A stretch of 64,000 nucleotides of DNA from Ophelia neglecta (lineage: Eukaryota). A program made the position numbers and the translations under genes. The notes beneath the pieces were generated by a model. That model worked only from the letters and a program-made list of their open reading frames with translations. It was not told the origin of the DNA and searched no databases. This document shows positions 63,825 to 64,000 of the stretch, one piece after another. Within the stretch, counting starts at the first letter, position 1. Each line of letters opens with the position of its first letter. The stretch covers positions 65,534,001 to 65,598,000 of the forward strand of contig OZ260665.1 in the NCBI GenBank assembly GCA_965285935.1, read 5' to 3'.

Positions 63825-64000
63825 CGCCCTCACTGAGTAGTATAGACCGCCCTCACTGAGCAGTATAGGCCGCCCTCACTGAGCAGTATAGGCCGCCATC
63901 ACTGAGCAGTATAGGCCGCCCTCACTGAGTAGTATAGACCGCCCTCACTGAGCAATATAGGCCGCCCCCACTGAGTAGTATAGACCGCCCTCACTGAGTA
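63825..64000. repeat. 23-bp tandem repeat (CGCCCTCACTGAGYAGTATAGRC), at least 7.5 copies, runs off the window
   Basis: Units start at 63825, 63848, 63871 and onward, head-to-tail with no spacers. Confidence 0.95.

Noticed and set aside
63825-64000. CRISPR-like array
   Set aside because: The 23-bp units are head-to-tail with no unique spacers, in eukaryotic DNA with no cas genes; it is a minisatellite.

Overview
Eukaryotic genomic DNA from an animal, probably a non-vertebrate bilaterian, with GT-AG introns and two N-gaps. The ORF track shows only exon fragments, so I spliced the genes by hand. (1) A PRDM8 orthologue on + has three clear coding exons (6864-9016) encoding a PR/SET domain, one C2HC finger and the two diagnostic C-terminal C2H2 fingers; its 5' end is uncertain, with a candidate promoter near 3.1-3.35 kb. 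(2) A ~36 kb gene-free interval follows (9.5-45.3 kb), with enhancer-like GC/CpG-rich patches and few recognisable repeats. (3) A convergent, 5'-partial adhesion GPCR on - has 23 phase-consistent exons (62811-45828, ~998 codons) encoding pentraxin, HRM, GAIN/GPS, 7TM and a C-terminal PDZ ligand. The most unusual items are: a 2.07 kb near-perfect palindrome in one GPCR intron, built from two inverted PIF/Harbinger-like elements inserted at the same TTAA site; loss of both the GPS autoproteolysis triad and the TM6 PxxG hinge in the GPCR; and two in-phase terminal splice acceptors that would switch its PDZ-binding tail. I found no CRISPR array, rRNA or tRNA gene. Family calls rest on remembered motifs, not database searches, and I cannot claim a wholly new biological system from this sequence alone.
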